Assembly (NCBI GenBank): GCA_965649765.1 | Contig: OZ287751.1 | Span: 92,132,001 to 92,196,000 of the forward strand | DNA: 64,000 bases | From: Bispira polyomma | Taxonomy: Eukaryota | Direction of reading: 5' to 3' | Shown here: positions 50,823 through 64,000 of the stretch, one piece after another | Layout of the letters: each line of letters begins with the position of its first letter | Numbering within the stretch: position 1 is the stretch's first letter | The notes under the pieces: generated by a model | The model's database searches: none | The model's input: only the letters and a program-made list of their open reading frames with translations | Told to the model about the DNA's origin: nothing | Program-made: the position numbers and the translations under genes

Positions 50823-51332
50823 ATAGAGAAACAGCAGTTTGGAATTATTAGTTTATTTCTAGGATACCTAAATTTTAGATAGAAACTACAACAATGATGT
50901 AAATTTAAGGCCATCTTAACCTCAACGTACAATAACCTCAAAGGTTATTTTACAGTGAGTATTCATTGATTTTACCAATTGTTTTAGTATTACCTTGATT
51001 TGGTTATACATGTTGTTATGTTTTAGCCTTACATTGCTACACCAGTTTGGTGACAAGGTAGTATTTGTTTTGTAACACCAGTTGCATACAGTGGAATCCT
51101 GTTATCATTCTAATCTGAAGGGACCATGGAAATTTGTTCTACTTAACAAGAAAAACTCGCATGGTAAATTTAATTAGAATTACAGCAATGGGACCTTAAA
51201 ATAACTTCATAAGTAATTTTACTAATCTGAATCTACTTGAAGGGGTTTCACTGTATATTTATTACCTTTATCCTGTCCCTCTCTTCCTTCCAGCTCCTCT
51301 TGCTGTGTTGTATTATTAGTTTGATGTCTTAC

Positions 51333-51476
51333 CTTGATTCTGTCCCTCTCTTCCTTCCAGCTCCTCTTGGCATGTTGTAGCAGGAGTTTGGTGTCTTCTA
51401 GTTCTTTCTCCATTGTCTCTACTTCCTCTTCCTTTTCTGTCAACAACCTCTGAGCTGTGGTCAGTTGTTCTACTTG
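51333..51476 (-). CDS. Coiled-coil/CAP-Gly protein exon (coiled coil)
   Basis: 144 nt QVEQLTTAQRLLTEKEEEVETMEKELEDTKLLLQHAKRSWKEERDRIK; tttTAG and GTAAG boundaries. Confidence 0.88.
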
Positions 51477-52663
51477 CTAAAAGTACACCACACACAACAT
51501 TGAGTTACATCTTAAAATGTGGTCTCTTGAGATAGACTTTTATATCCATGGTTTGATCACAAATCTAATATCTCTACCATTATATAGCCATCTGTTCAAA
51601 CTGTTTTCATTTATGCTACAACATATTTGTCAGACAGATAAAATGGTTTAATATTAAATATGTGAGAAGAAATGTGGAAACCTAATAGCCTGATCTATTC
51701 AATTCCATAATAGCGCTTACTCTCCGTACTAGTGGTTTCTAAGGTGCAACTATTAAAATCATTGTTCAGTAGTCATGTTGTGGTGTAGAGAAAAAAAGGG
51801 ATGATACCAGAGAGGAAGTCAGTGATGGTAAGACCGTGTCAGGTTGATTAAGGTTGATAGAGAAGGTAAGCATCTAATATCTTGTGGTAGGTTGTTTCAT
51901 AACTATGATTGAAATGGACTTTTGATCTGTAAATGGGCCGATCAAAGGTAGGAACATTGAGAAATAATTTGGTAGGATTACGAGAACGGGTATTGACTGG
52001 CTGAGACTAAGGGGTGAGATATGGGCTGAGGTATATCTTGAGGCCTGTATTGAGATAATATCCCCAACATGTTAAGTATAATGTAAAACACACACATCCT
52101 GTTCAAAGGGTAGTGAACAACCATCTCTGTGAAAGCACATGGTCACATTTTAGGATCCGTATTTAGTCAAAACTCTCAAACATGAACTCGCAATAATCTC
52201 TTGCTGTATCTTAGTGTACAATAACGATATCTGTATTATGACTATATATTCACGTTTCTCGTTAAATGATTTTGTTAAAAGGAATGGTAAAATGTTTAGG
52301 ATATTCCTAATAACAAGAAAATCTCTATGTATATGTGTGTGGTATCTGAATTTAATAATTAGGTTAAGTTTAGGATTGTTGATAAATACAGCCTCAGTGG
52401 GTTCGAATCCTGCCAGTTTCTTCATGTCAGAAAACTTTCTTAGGTACTTACCGTAGGTTTACAGTACGGCTTCAGCACTGGTTTCCTCCACCGTTAAATC
52501 TGGCCATTGCGATATGACCATAACTCTTGAAAGCGATGTAAAACCCAACTAAATTCGACTAAATTAAATCAGTAACAATAACTGTGAACAAAAACCCCCT
52601 TCATTACATTGAAGGTCAAGGTGTTTAACCTGTGACCAGTGAATAAGACAAGTCACATCTCAC

Positions 52664-52759
52664 CTCATCCAGTCTAGTATTTCTGATGGCTTCCTCTCTC
52701 ACTTGGAGCCTTAAGTCAAGCATCTTCTCATTGAGTTCTTCAACCTTGGCTTCAGTGAT
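52664..52759 (-). CDS. Coiled-coil/CAP-Gly protein exon (coiled coil)
   Basis: 96 nt ITEAKVEELNEKMLDLRLQVREEAIRNTRLDE; ttcAG and GTGAG boundaries, phase 0-0. Confidence 0.87.
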
Positions 52760-53603
52760 CTGAAGTACAATCCACACTTGAACATGAGAGATTCTCCATG
52801 TTATTGTATACTAATCACATTGAACTTGTAGGAGTGCAGCATTGTTTAGATTTTTGTTTACACACTTTGTTCACATAGTTCTGTAAGTTTACATTGCTCT
52901 TATATGTCTTGTGTGTACATTCCATGTCTTGCATAATAGATATCTGTCATCACTTCACAGTGACAAATTGAAGAATGACACAGTATTTACAACATTTTAA
53001 TTCTGTCGTCCTTAAACATGCCAAGTTTAGTAATTTAGTTAGTGTACATAATATTGTGCATGTGTACTGTTGTACTTTTAACACTATTAAATCTAAGTAT
53101 TATTGCTTTATGTATCCAAAACATATTTAAGGCCACATTTTCTCTTTTTCTATCCAATTCTTATTATATATACCGGTATATGTACAGTTAACCCCCTTTG
53201 AGTAAAACTCTGTTTAGTCGATTTATATCTTTTATGTGGAGAAGACGTTGTAGTCGCACAAAAGCCTTCTCTTTTAACATCGACCCTCTTAAGTGGAAAT
53301 CATGCTAAAGTAGAGATATTTTTGCCTTATGATCTCTCTAGGTTTGAATCAAATGAGTTGAACTGTATAAATAAATGATAAAATACTATATATTTATGAT
53401 TTTTTTATAAATGGCTAATCTTTATCAATATATTTTGAATGTTAAAAATGGTGACGTTCTATTTTGAATTATTATACCTTGGCGATGAATCCAAAGATCC
53501 TATTAGTTAAAATGCGATCACATGACATAACATGAAACCTGAGATGGCCCTCTGAAAATTTGAAATGGCCCTCAGAAAATTCAATATGGCCCTATGCTTT
53601 GGT

Positions 53604-53737
53604 ATAATAAACAGAATATAAGCTGTTTGTGAGTGCCATACTGGGATATAGGACGGCCCTCAAGCCATATTGGATTGATCTTGTGTTGCATCTATCCCAG
53701 TATGGCCCTCACAAACAGCTTATACTCTGATAATATA
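53604..53737. mobile_element. Short palindromic MITE
   Basis: ATAAGCTGTTTGTGAG.GCCATACTGGGATA ... TATCCCAGTATGGC.CTCACAAACAGCTTAT. Confidence 0.75.
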
Positions 53738-53787
53738 ACATCTCCTAATATGGCCATTATATATTACAGTAATTCTAGTTCCTTTAC

Positions 53788-53863
53788 CTCTATTCTCCTG
53801 TCTTTCTCCTCTATTTCCTTCTCTCGGTCCCTCAACCTCCTCTCCAGCTCCCTATTTTCAGAG
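53788..53863 (-). CDS. Coiled-coil/CAP-Gly protein exon (coiled coil)
   Basis: 76 nt SENRELERRLRDREKEIEEKDRRIE; tttTAG and GTAAA boundaries, phase 2-0. Confidence 0.85.
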
Positions 53864-55166
53864 CTAAAACATATAAAGTACAGTAGAGCCTCTATTATCC
53901 AAACATGCTGGGAGAGAGAGCAAGATGCAGTTTGGATAATGGAAGGTTTATAACATAGAAGACACATTTGTGAGCAAGAATCATATGAGGAATCTATAAC
54001 TTTAGAAGAGTGAAAATGAGTTCATAACATTGAATATTCGGATAATAGAGGTTCCACTGTATGACTGTGTACAATTAATGCCACTGTCACACCTTAAGCT
54101 GAGTGCTACTACAATTTATGCCCAATTAGCCTGTGAGTAGCCCCGAGTTCTAACTCTTGTTTAGAACAAATGAACTCAGCAAGTAATGCATGAGCTAAAC
54201 AGGGACACCTTTTTGCAGGAGAGCTCATCAGATAAACTATGCATAGGTCATGCTTAGCTGGGATTAATGATGGGCAGCTCAGTACTACTCCTGTTGAACT
54301 CATGTTGACTCTTGATAGCTAAGGTCGGACTCTACCTGTTATTTTGAAAGCGTGTAGTAAACTTTGCTGGGCTTGGCTCTTGGCCTTAAATACATGCATA
54401 TGTTATCACGATTTTCCCAAAAATTTGGAACATTGCTGACACGATTTAGTGTCAGGTTGTCATGAGTTGTTGCCGAGTTAGCTATGAGTCATCCTGAGTT
54501 TCGCTGAGTTAAAGCCAGCATTAAAAGTTGGTGTCTGACATGAGGAGGTGTAGGACCTGTTTAAAGCAAACTAACCACTTTGTAACTCAACAGTCAACTG
54601 CCTCTGAGTTACTGTCATCCCCCTAACTAAAGAGAAAGGTTTGAGAATGACCATTTATCAACGTCCCTAAGGATCTTTAGCATGCCACTAGGGATAGGAC
54701 CAGGTGACAGAGGACTGCCATTTTAAGTAGTCATCCAAGCCACTAGGCAAACTTGTGTTCACATCTTGCCCAAGGATGTTATCCCACCAAATAAAACTAG
54801 CGGCCGGGACCGGGAATAGAACCGGGGACCTTCTGATGATCAGACCAACTCCTTAACAACTAAGCAACAGAGAACCTCTATTATCCAAACATGATGGGAG
54901 AGGAGAGCAAGACTTTTGTTTGTATAACAGAAAAATCATGAAAATAGAAGAGGCAACAACCATAGGGAAATATATATTTGGGAGAGTGAAATTTAGTTAT
55001 TAAAATTTAATATTAGGACGATAGTTCAGATAATAGAGTTTCCACTGTATTTCTGGTGGTTCCTTGATGCTCGACTTAAATGGGATTCAAATGTATTTGT
55101 ATGGATAATATATTGTAATACCATTTCAGGCACAATAATGCTCACCACTAGGAATAATGTACTTAC

Positions 55167-55230
55167 ATTTGGTTATCAAGTTTCTGTTTGAGGTTTTCAT
55201 TCATGATGGTAACTTTCTCGTATTCCATGG
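55167..55230 (-). CDS. Coiled-coil/CAP-Gly protein, most 5-prime exon placed with confidence (may contain the start ATG)
   Basis: ttccAG|CC ATG GAA...: MEYEKVTIMNENLKQKLDNQ(I), then GTAAGT. Phase 2 end fits the next exon. Confidence 0.78.
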
Positions 55231-58200
55231 CTGGAACAGAAGACAACACCAAGAATGTATTTTATGTATTTGTTGACAATAAACTATTCATGGTTTGTTT
55301 TGATACATGGCTTGTTCTTCTCACCTCCTAGACAATTTGCTTAAGGAGACCATTAATGTGTCATTTCAAACTGTCAGTTTTTTAAAATTTGTTCTTAACT
55401 TCACAATCTGTGAATTTGTTCCACTTATAGATAATAGGTTAATTATAGAAATAAGCATAAATTTAGCAAATATTTGGTCAATTTTTAAAACCATGTTAAT
55501 TGAAGAAACAATTTCTACAATGTTAGAAATATTCTGCAAAAGAATAAGGGAATGCCTTGAATGCTGATTTAGCTCTATTTTAATGTTATACAGGTTCCTT
55601 GAAAAGTAGCCAACAAAAATGTTTAGTATTAAAGAAACATCAGAACTTACTGATGTTAAACTCTGTTGACACATTTTGCACTGACAAGTAACTCAATTAC
55701 TTAGAAACAAGAAAATTACACAGAAAACCCCCCAGAATGTAATGTGTATCCATCTTGCAATAACATACTAAAACCTCCTTCAAAATGCACTTAAACCAAG
55801 ATACCCCTAGTTGTAAAAAGATGTATCCAGCAAAAACTATGCACAGAAAAAATTAATTATTATATGTATATTATAAAAATACATTTGCTTGATGTAAAGA
55901 AATATAGATATACTTACACCTAATTTATCCGTACTTGTCAATTAGTTCTTAAAGCCATAAAACATAGGTCTTTTAGGCTGTTTAAATTGAATCTCACATG
56001 TATATTATACACACACTGGTATATATGTATGGCTATATTGTTCTCACTATATATTGGAAAGAGTTTAGTTCAATATATAGAAAATATCTACATAGCGGCT
56101 GCACAATAAATGCATAGATTTATACACAGTCAAATACACAGTTTGGATTATACCCCCAAAATCACATTCCCATAAGAGTCCCTACACTATTTTTGCTACA
56201 ATTTCAGTTAATAGAGCCCTTGGGCTTTGCAGAGAGAATTTAGATATACATGTACATGTATATTTTAGTTGCTGCTATTTTGGTTTTAAATTAACTACTA
56301 CTTGACATCATATAATGACCACCTGTGATGGCCTTGTAAGAATATTGCCAAATTGACTTAACAAAGACAAATGACTTATTGAAGAGGTCAGAATTCTTGC
56401 CACCAAGCTACTGGTAGCAACATCACATTTAGATAAGATACTTTTTTACGAGCACATAAGCAGACAAAAAAATCTAACTTAATAATAATGGTAATAGGTA
56501 AGTGAATGCCGCAGCTGTGTGATTTTATTGCATAAATTTATTTTGATGTATGTGTAAATATGTGAAAAACAGTCAAATTATTTAATAACAAAAGATGTAT
56601 AATTAGAGGAACTGGGTGTTTTGCTTGATATAAAATTACTTACTTGTTTGCTTTGACAAGAAGTCATGCCTGTAATGAGTGTGTTATATTGCTGGGGCAT
56701 TTCGATACTAGGTGTGATGATTTTTTTTTTTTCAAATATTTACAATTACATGGTTAAGACTCCCTTGAGTTTTGCATAGAAGATTTTCCAATTATGGTAT
56801 CTTTTTTATGATCTTGACACTTCCAACAAGTACTTTTGATTGCCTCAAGTGTTTCTGTTCAAATTTCAAGTGTCATAAACAAATTAAATCTCAGAGACGA
56901 GACCAGGATCTGTATTAATCAAAATACTTAAAACCTTGAAATCACATTATTCTCCAAATATGTCATCTTTGTGTACAAGAAAGATATTTGGAATCTGCTT
57001 ACATATATTCAAGTTCCTCTCTGAAAGCTCTCTTAAAATGTATGGTAATATATCTAGGTTATTCCAATTAATAAATATATATACATAGTAGTGTATAATA
57101 GTATTTGAATTGAAGCCCGAGTTTAAGTTTAAGACCTCTGAAAAATACTGGATGATATACATTGAGACCATGTAGGAGGTGTTTAGATTTCTAATGTACA
57201 TTTTCTATTGGATATACTGTATATAGGTGTCTCTTTGAATAATAAGTCATCTCAATAAGTCAGTAGTCAGCAAGCACATGGGGATTTAACTCATCCTAAG
57301 ATAACTTTAGGCAAAAGGTACCAAATTTATTTTTAAACAAAATAGAGCCTGAATTTTGTGATTCTCTGTTTCCTGAATATTCAATTTTATGACCTAGTTT
57401 TGACTCTCTCAAATCTATGTTTTTCTATTGTTTTATACTACAATCACTTTTTATTTATGAACCTTCTATTATCCAAACCATATCTTGCTCTCCCAGGCTC
57501 CCAACATGTTCAGATAATAGAAGTTGTACTATATTTGTGTCTAGTAAAACAAGTAATACAGTTTTATAGTTACGTTTAATATATATATATATGTTGCACC
57601 TCAGGGAAAATCATGAGAAATAATTCTACTTAAGAAGAATTTCCACTTGACGTACGGTCCACTTAGACAGAAAAAGGCCTAGATGGGAAGAATGATTTCT
57701 TTCTCCACTTGAAAGGGAAATTATAACATGACATGGCTGTGTCCATGATTCTGATTGGCCGAACGCTTTGATAAAAATAACCATATACCCACAGACAGAA
57801 ATAGACTAATTTCATCTGTAGTGTACTAGAATCAAGTAATAATTTTAATTTGTCATGTTAGAATAGGAATAACCCACTCCAAAGCATGGTATTAGGTAAA
57901 AATTACTGTATACCATGCTTTGTCATGGGTTATTCCTAAATGAACTTGACAGAGCTTCCAACTAAAAGAGATTTGACTGTACATTATTTATATTTACTCA
58001 AATTTGACTGTTATAGGCCAACCCAACATTGTGTAAATTTGTGGAATCCTCAGAGGGATCATCAGTGTCAATAATGTCATAGCATGCAAGTATTTACAAA
58101 CGAATAATCTGAATACTAAGATCTAGTTTATAGAATTTCAGAAATATAATGTAATTCTTTAGTCTATTTTTCTCAAGTGAACTCCGGATTAACACCAGCA

Positions 58201-58958
58201 TACCAAATTAATATCAACTACTGTACAAGTGGAAATTGTCACGAGGAATAAATTTGGTCTATCTGACCCAATAAAACTGAATATTGACAATTATTTTCCA
58301 CAGTAAAAATTTGAACTTGTTTTGATGTTTCAACTAAAAAATAGCCAAATAATCAAGTTAAGATTTTTTTATTACAAATTATGTATTGGTGAATTTTCTT
58401 TCAGCTAACTGTCTACTTAATAGTAATCCAATGCCTTAATACATATTTTAACACATTGGGGTAATTATTCCTAATTCTAATCAAATTTATACTCGGTGCA
58501 TTTATTTACCTTTGTCTGATATTCAAGGGGTTAATTTCCCAAAGTGAAGAGAGACGCTTCAGGATGAGACCATTTATCATTATCCCCAAGGATCTTTAGC
58601 CTGTCTCTAGGGACAAGACTCAATGACAGAGGACCACTATTTTAAATGGTCAGCTGAGACACTATGTATCTCTCCAGGCTGGAATCGAACCAAGGTATCA
58701 GCGTTTCAACGAGAGTATGTTAACCACTAGGCTATAGTGAAAATGGACTTAATAGGGTCAATGATTTGGAAATCCGGTCAAACTTGACCACTAGAATGGT
58801 CAGTACATTAGGGATTTTTTTGTCTGTGGCGAATGTCAGTTTTGAAAGTGCAAGTACATTACTAAATTGTAAATACAGAGCTGTTAAATAAAACAAAATT
58901 TTAAAAAGGATTGCAGTTTCATCCTAAAATTGTTATTTAAAAAACAACTGACTCTTAA

Positions 58959-59220
58959 GGGGTGAATATACCTGGCCGATTTTGTGTCCAAATCCAACAT
59001 CGGACATCCGTTTCCGTCATCCGGTGTCCGAATTTGCAAATACACTACATCCGAAAAACTGGCCGTTCATCCAAAAAAATGTCACCTCCCAATTCGGAGG
59101 TGACGTCGGCCAGGTATATATCCCAGGTATACATCTCTATTTTATTATATTTGAATTTTTTCGGATGACGGAAATGGATGATGGATTCGGACACACAATC
59201 GGCCAGGTATATTCGCCCCT
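58959..59220. mobile_element. MITE; related copy ~21634-21905
   Basis: TIR GGGGTGAATATACCTGGCCGATT...AATCGGCCAGGTATATTCGCCCC. Confidence 0.8.
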
Positions 59221-60599
59221 ATACTGATAATAATGATGTCTTAAAGAAAGCGGTTTAACTGGAATACTCACATAGGTTGATCTTTTTATTTGTCCACATA
59301 TTTGACACAAAATCTCTAAAAAAAACTCCTTAAATGTCCGCAAAATTGTATTATTGTTGCCTAATTATGCACAAAAACTAGCACCTACAACTGCTACTGT
59401 TCGGCTTAAATCAGGCCACATAATCCACTCAAAAACCCAGTCACTATATTTCACATTTGATTTAATGCTTTCTGGTCTTTTGACATTTAAAGGTGTAACT
59501 AAGATCCTCACATTACCAGTATATATCCAGATCAAGAGATAGCCTAAAATGCTTTTTTTCCCCCACAAACTTATTCATAAGTATATTAATAATTCTATTT
59601 TCAGATTTACAGAAACATACCCTATGATCCAATAATTGATTTTTTTCTCTTATAATTATATACATGAAATAAATATAGAATTTTTCTGTATATATATATA
59701 TAAAGTAGAAAAAACCCTGTGTTATGAGTGCATCATTTTATATGCTTTAAAACCCCACCAAAACCTGCCCTTAACAATTCAACAAAGACAATTTTGCAAA
59801 TTTTGTCGTGTTGCATTTAGAACTATTGTTAATATTTATAAGAGAATCAACGGAGCTGTACAAAAGAATATATGTATTTCTAATTTAAGTAAGAGTTAAT
59901 GTTTATATATATTTTTTTCTTAAGGCAAAGTTAAGATGGATTGGATAAGTTAACTTAAATGTGGAACATATCTAAAATCTTATTCTATTCAAATGTAACT
60001 GAGCCTCAGGGGAAAAGACAAAATTTTAACGGAATTATTATAAAACATGACAGGGTATATTGATGACTAAACACAAGGAATGAATTAAAACTAAACAATT
60101 TGAGCTGTTTGGACGCACAAGTTCATATAGAGAGAGTAATTCAATGTCAGCCTCAAAGGATTTTATTTGATGGATTATATGAATAAAATTATAAGAAACT
60201 ATAGTGTATAATCTCATTCTTCCTATATTTTGTTGAAAAGGTTTGAACAAATTATTGAGCAAACAGAAATGTATAGAATTGTTGGCATTAAGTAGTACAT
60301 GTCCAATTTGTCCATTAATATAACACTACCACGGTTATAATACAGATCTTCTGTATATTGTACTTTGTGTGGCATATTGGAAAGTTAGATTATTAATATT
60401 GGCATTAATTTATGTAAAGCTTTTGATAAAGTTTACATAAATTCTATTACTAGTACATTATAGATGGTCATTTTACTTCAATTTTCTCTATCAATGCACA
60501 GTCCACACATTACACCTTGCCGATTCACTAAAATATCAGCACAATATTTCAAGGTAAACATCAAGTACAGAAGTTCTTAAAAAATTTTAAACCAACTCA

Positions 60600-61260
60600 A
60601 AACAACCCATACTGGTTACCTGTGTTACCATTCTATATTAGAAGTCTTTTTAAAAATTCAAAAGGCAGTCACGCAATGTATAAAATTTTAAATAAAACTG
60701 AAAAAATCTTTTGCAATGAAAAGTGGAATAAAGATTTGAATATATACATTGATCCCCTCAGTTATTGTTTCAAAATTATGCTAGATAGCAATCTAATATG
60801 GTTTCAGTAACAAATATTAACACAAATTTTTAAAGTAAACTGCTTTCTGCATTTAATCAAACTGAGTGATTCGCCTAATTGTAGGTTATGTAATCAGTAT
60901 GAAGAATCAATATACCATTTGTTTGTTAAATGCGAAGTTACAGTTAACTTGTGGAAAGATATATCAAAATGGATTCTTCATGTACTGAACAAAAATATAA
61001 TATTTACTGATTATACCATTGTTATGGGATATTCATTTATAGATTAAAAATTTTTCCTGTAAACACTGCCATTTTAGTAACGAAAAAGATCTCTTTAATT
61101 GTGCTAAATTGAGAAGGAAAGTTTGTCTTTGGAGCTTAAAAAATGCCATGGGAACTGTCTTTCTGGAGCAAGAACTTTTGTATTAAGTTGAATCAAAGTA
61201 TGACTTTTGTTTTGTAAAAATTGGGGTTTATGGAACAATTATTATACGAGTCATAGAAAT
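60600..61260 (+). mobile_element. Decayed L1/Tx1-like LINE ORF2 C-terminal (zinc-knuckle) fragment
   Basis: Remnant CRLCNQYEESIYHLFVKC...LW with stops. A second similar AT-rich remnant (CYFCN) lies near 62085-62330. Confidence 0.65.
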
Positions 61261-63743
61261 TTTTGGTTAATATGTCACATTGAACATTCTACAAATAGTT
61301 AATAATGATTGTGATTCTGTTATTGAATAATAGTGCATGTGTTAAACGCACACTAGGATGCATGAAATATTGTAAATGACCAGTAGAAGGTTTGCAACCT
61401 CTTCCTCTTTCACTGAATTCTTGGAACTCGTTAATATAAAGGGGCATAAAAAATATTCATCCTCCGGCAACCATAATTCCTACTCCCAAAAGGAGTATAT
61501 TACCATCACTTCTTTAGTCAACCTTTGATTCCAGCTTGTCTTCACTGTACATCTGTTTTAGTAGATGACAGATGAAGATTAAACAATTTTTAAGCGAGGT
61601 AGATACTCGTATGTGTAATTAACTACATAGGCGATTAATATGAATAAAAGTAGGAATTTAAAATGAAGATGTGTGGTTATGTTTTAAATTTAAGTTCTGC
61701 TTGTTTGAGAAAGTTCATTACTGTTCTGTTTTATTTTTTGTGGTCTGGTAAGACGGAATGTGTGAGTTGAAGTACTTTATATAATTGTGATTTGGAAGGT
61801 AGTTTAGGTATTATTCATATTAAAACAAAATTAAAAGCTTTTTCACTAGTTCATTTAGCAGATTTTCTTTATGGTCATTATAAAAAATGGAATGATTTTA
61901 CTTTATATTGGCTGAAACTTGATTTATGCGCTTATATGCACTCATTATCTCTTGTTTAAATAGTACTCCATGTAGTTTTGAAAACCATGATTTTTATAAG
62001 TTTGCTTTGGAAAATTTTAAAGAATTGTTAAATGTACAGCTAACTGTTGATTCAAAGAGTGTTACTGTTTAAAGTGTTTATCAGATGTTATTACCTAAAG
62101 TTGTCAATATTCCTAGAATTTATAAATGTAATTTTCATAGTAATTATAAAGAAACTTTTAGTAATTTAGTTTTGTCTAGTATTTTACCCAAAAGTAGGGC
62201 TTTGCCAGTTGATAATTATTTATATAAATTTAGTATTGTTAAAAATAAAAATTGCTATTTTTGTAATATTTTTTGTGGAAACTTAAGAACATTTAAATTT
62301 TGACTATGTTTTAGTGAATCCTTTTAGGAATTTTATTGAGAAACACATATAAACAAATGATTAAATTTCGGTATTATCAAAAAAACATTTTTTTTAGCAC
62401 AAGTGATAACTAACAAAACTGGTTTTGGAGGACAGATAACTTTTAACAACCCTGACATTTGATGCGTAGAAATAAATAGAAATCTAAGATCGATCAAATG
62501 AATGCTGGTTAATACCACATGACCAAAATGAAAACAACACTTATACCCTGGTCCCACCAGCCGTCACGTTAGGAGTCGTTTGACAATTAATTTGCGTAGG
62601 TTTTGCGTGGTATTTGTGGGAGCTGAGGTAATATACATAAGCATACATAACCTGGCGTGAGAGTTGAGATGCAAGAAATTTTTAATTTTGAACCGTTTGA
62701 AATTTGGACACGCAAGAGATGCAAAAGTATGACGTCCTAAAATGTGGATATGCGTCACAGTGTGTAAATGTGCGTCATTATGACGTCCTTTTACATGTAT
62801 TGGCGTACTCATACATTTGCTTGGACGTGAACTTATGCATCCCCTGCGAGACTTTACAGCTTTTGACATATTAATACATGAATTTTAACCTCTGTTGACA
62901 CCTTCAACGTGGAGAAAATCTCTAATTTCTAGTTTTGCATGACGTTTTGCATTAAATATTTTACAAGGCCATGCGTAGCTTACATGTCCTAACGTAAATT
63001 CGGTGGGACTGGCCCATTAGACTACATCATCATGTACGCAATCTGTGATTCTACATAGGCAATCGTTTGCCGTTTGGTGCAAACCGTGTACCATCAGAAT
63101 GTAGGCTTTGCCAATAAAGTTTACCAGTTACTAACAATAACTTGTTATGTAGGTACTAGTAGAGATATGCCCAAAGGGTTTTAATAAATAATAAAAATTT
63201 ATTATGTCTTACCAATCTTGAAATTGGTAACTTACCTCATCTGACTTCTTCTGTGACCTTGTGTTGCCCTCCATTCCTTTAATATTCATTAAGTCACAAT
63301 AATGTCCTGACACTCACCGTTCATTAAGTGGTCTGCCTTGTCGCTCTAATTGACTGATTTTCCAAATACAAAGACTTACTCCAAAATACTTTCCGAATAA
63401 CATTGTTGTATTCTGTTAAGTATTTGTAACATCTATTCTAACTGGTTAAAACTATGATCTCCACAGACAAGTAATTAACCATTTTTGTCATTTATCGCCC
63501 ATGTTCACAAAAAGCATTATTGTAGTCCTAAACTTTAACTCTTGATGGCCTGATAGCCTTCTATGAAGACTCCAGAGTATCAGTGGTCTGCAATAGTATC
63601 TTTAGGCACAGTGTTCTGAAGTTATACCTAAGGCTTACAAAGGAGTACATTATTAAGTTACCAGACATGTATAGCTCAAGCAACTTCTGGTGTCCATATT
63701 GAATATAACCTTTATTATGATTCGATTTTTAAATTTAAAAAAC

Positions 63744-63991
63744 TACTGGTGCTGGGCCCGCGATCAGTTAAGGCCCGCGATCAGTTATGGCCCACCCATT
63801 GTTTTGGTGGAGATAAATCTTTAAATATTGCTTTTCAATATATTTTTCATACATCTGACCATTTAGCTTGGTGTTCTGTTTGTTATACCACATTATTTGT
63901 GTTAAAATATTAATGCTTCTCGGCGATATTAACCATCAAGTTTAGTGTTTGCCTTAACTGATCCTGGGCCTGAACTGTTACAGCACCAGTA
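63744..63991. mobile_element. TA-flanked MITE
   Basis: TACTGGTGCTG...CAGCACCAGTA, with internal GGCCC..GATCAGTTAAGGC / GCCTTAACTGATC..GGGCC inverted repeats. Confidence 0.75.
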
Positions 63992-64000
63992 GAAATATTT

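Noticed and set aside
61504-63410. Possible further 5-prime exons of the CAP-Gly gene (minus-strand donors near 61503, 63235, 63317, 63379)
   Set aside because: Good donor motifs, but I could not chain them in frame to the 55230 exon. They may be UTR exons or chance; transcripts are needed.

Overview
AT-rich, intron-rich animal genomic DNA (invertebrate; the SINE/MITE/HINE repertoire looks mollusc-like, which is inference). Most ORFs in the supplied track are spurious. Three spliced genes can be rebuilt by hand with GT-AG boundaries and consistent phases. (1) Proteasome beta5 (PSMB5/8-type) on +, 1313-9666; its first exon lies upstream of the window. (2) An atypical, apparently non-prenylated Rab-like GTPase with a ~325-aa low-complexity N-terminus on +, 14574-26486. 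(3) A coiled-coil/Ser-rich protein with a C-terminal degenerate CAP-Gly domain on -, at least 55230-42322. Main finding: the beta5 gene carries TWO tandem, intact 112-nt versions of the exon encoding mature residues 27-64, which include catalytic K33 and the S1 pocket. One (4563-4674) is canonical. The other (2220-2331, absent from the ORF track) is 50% divergent, keeps the catalytic core and has immunoproteasome-beta5i-like residues (N32, Q53-Y54, E62). Including both or skipping both gives an immediate stop, so they look like mutually exclusive exons: a candidate alternative proteasome made by splicing rather than by gene duplication. The rest is transposon debris: hAT, Harbinger-like and Tc1/pogo-like MITEs, HINE-like elements, tRNA-derived SINEs and LINE fragments.
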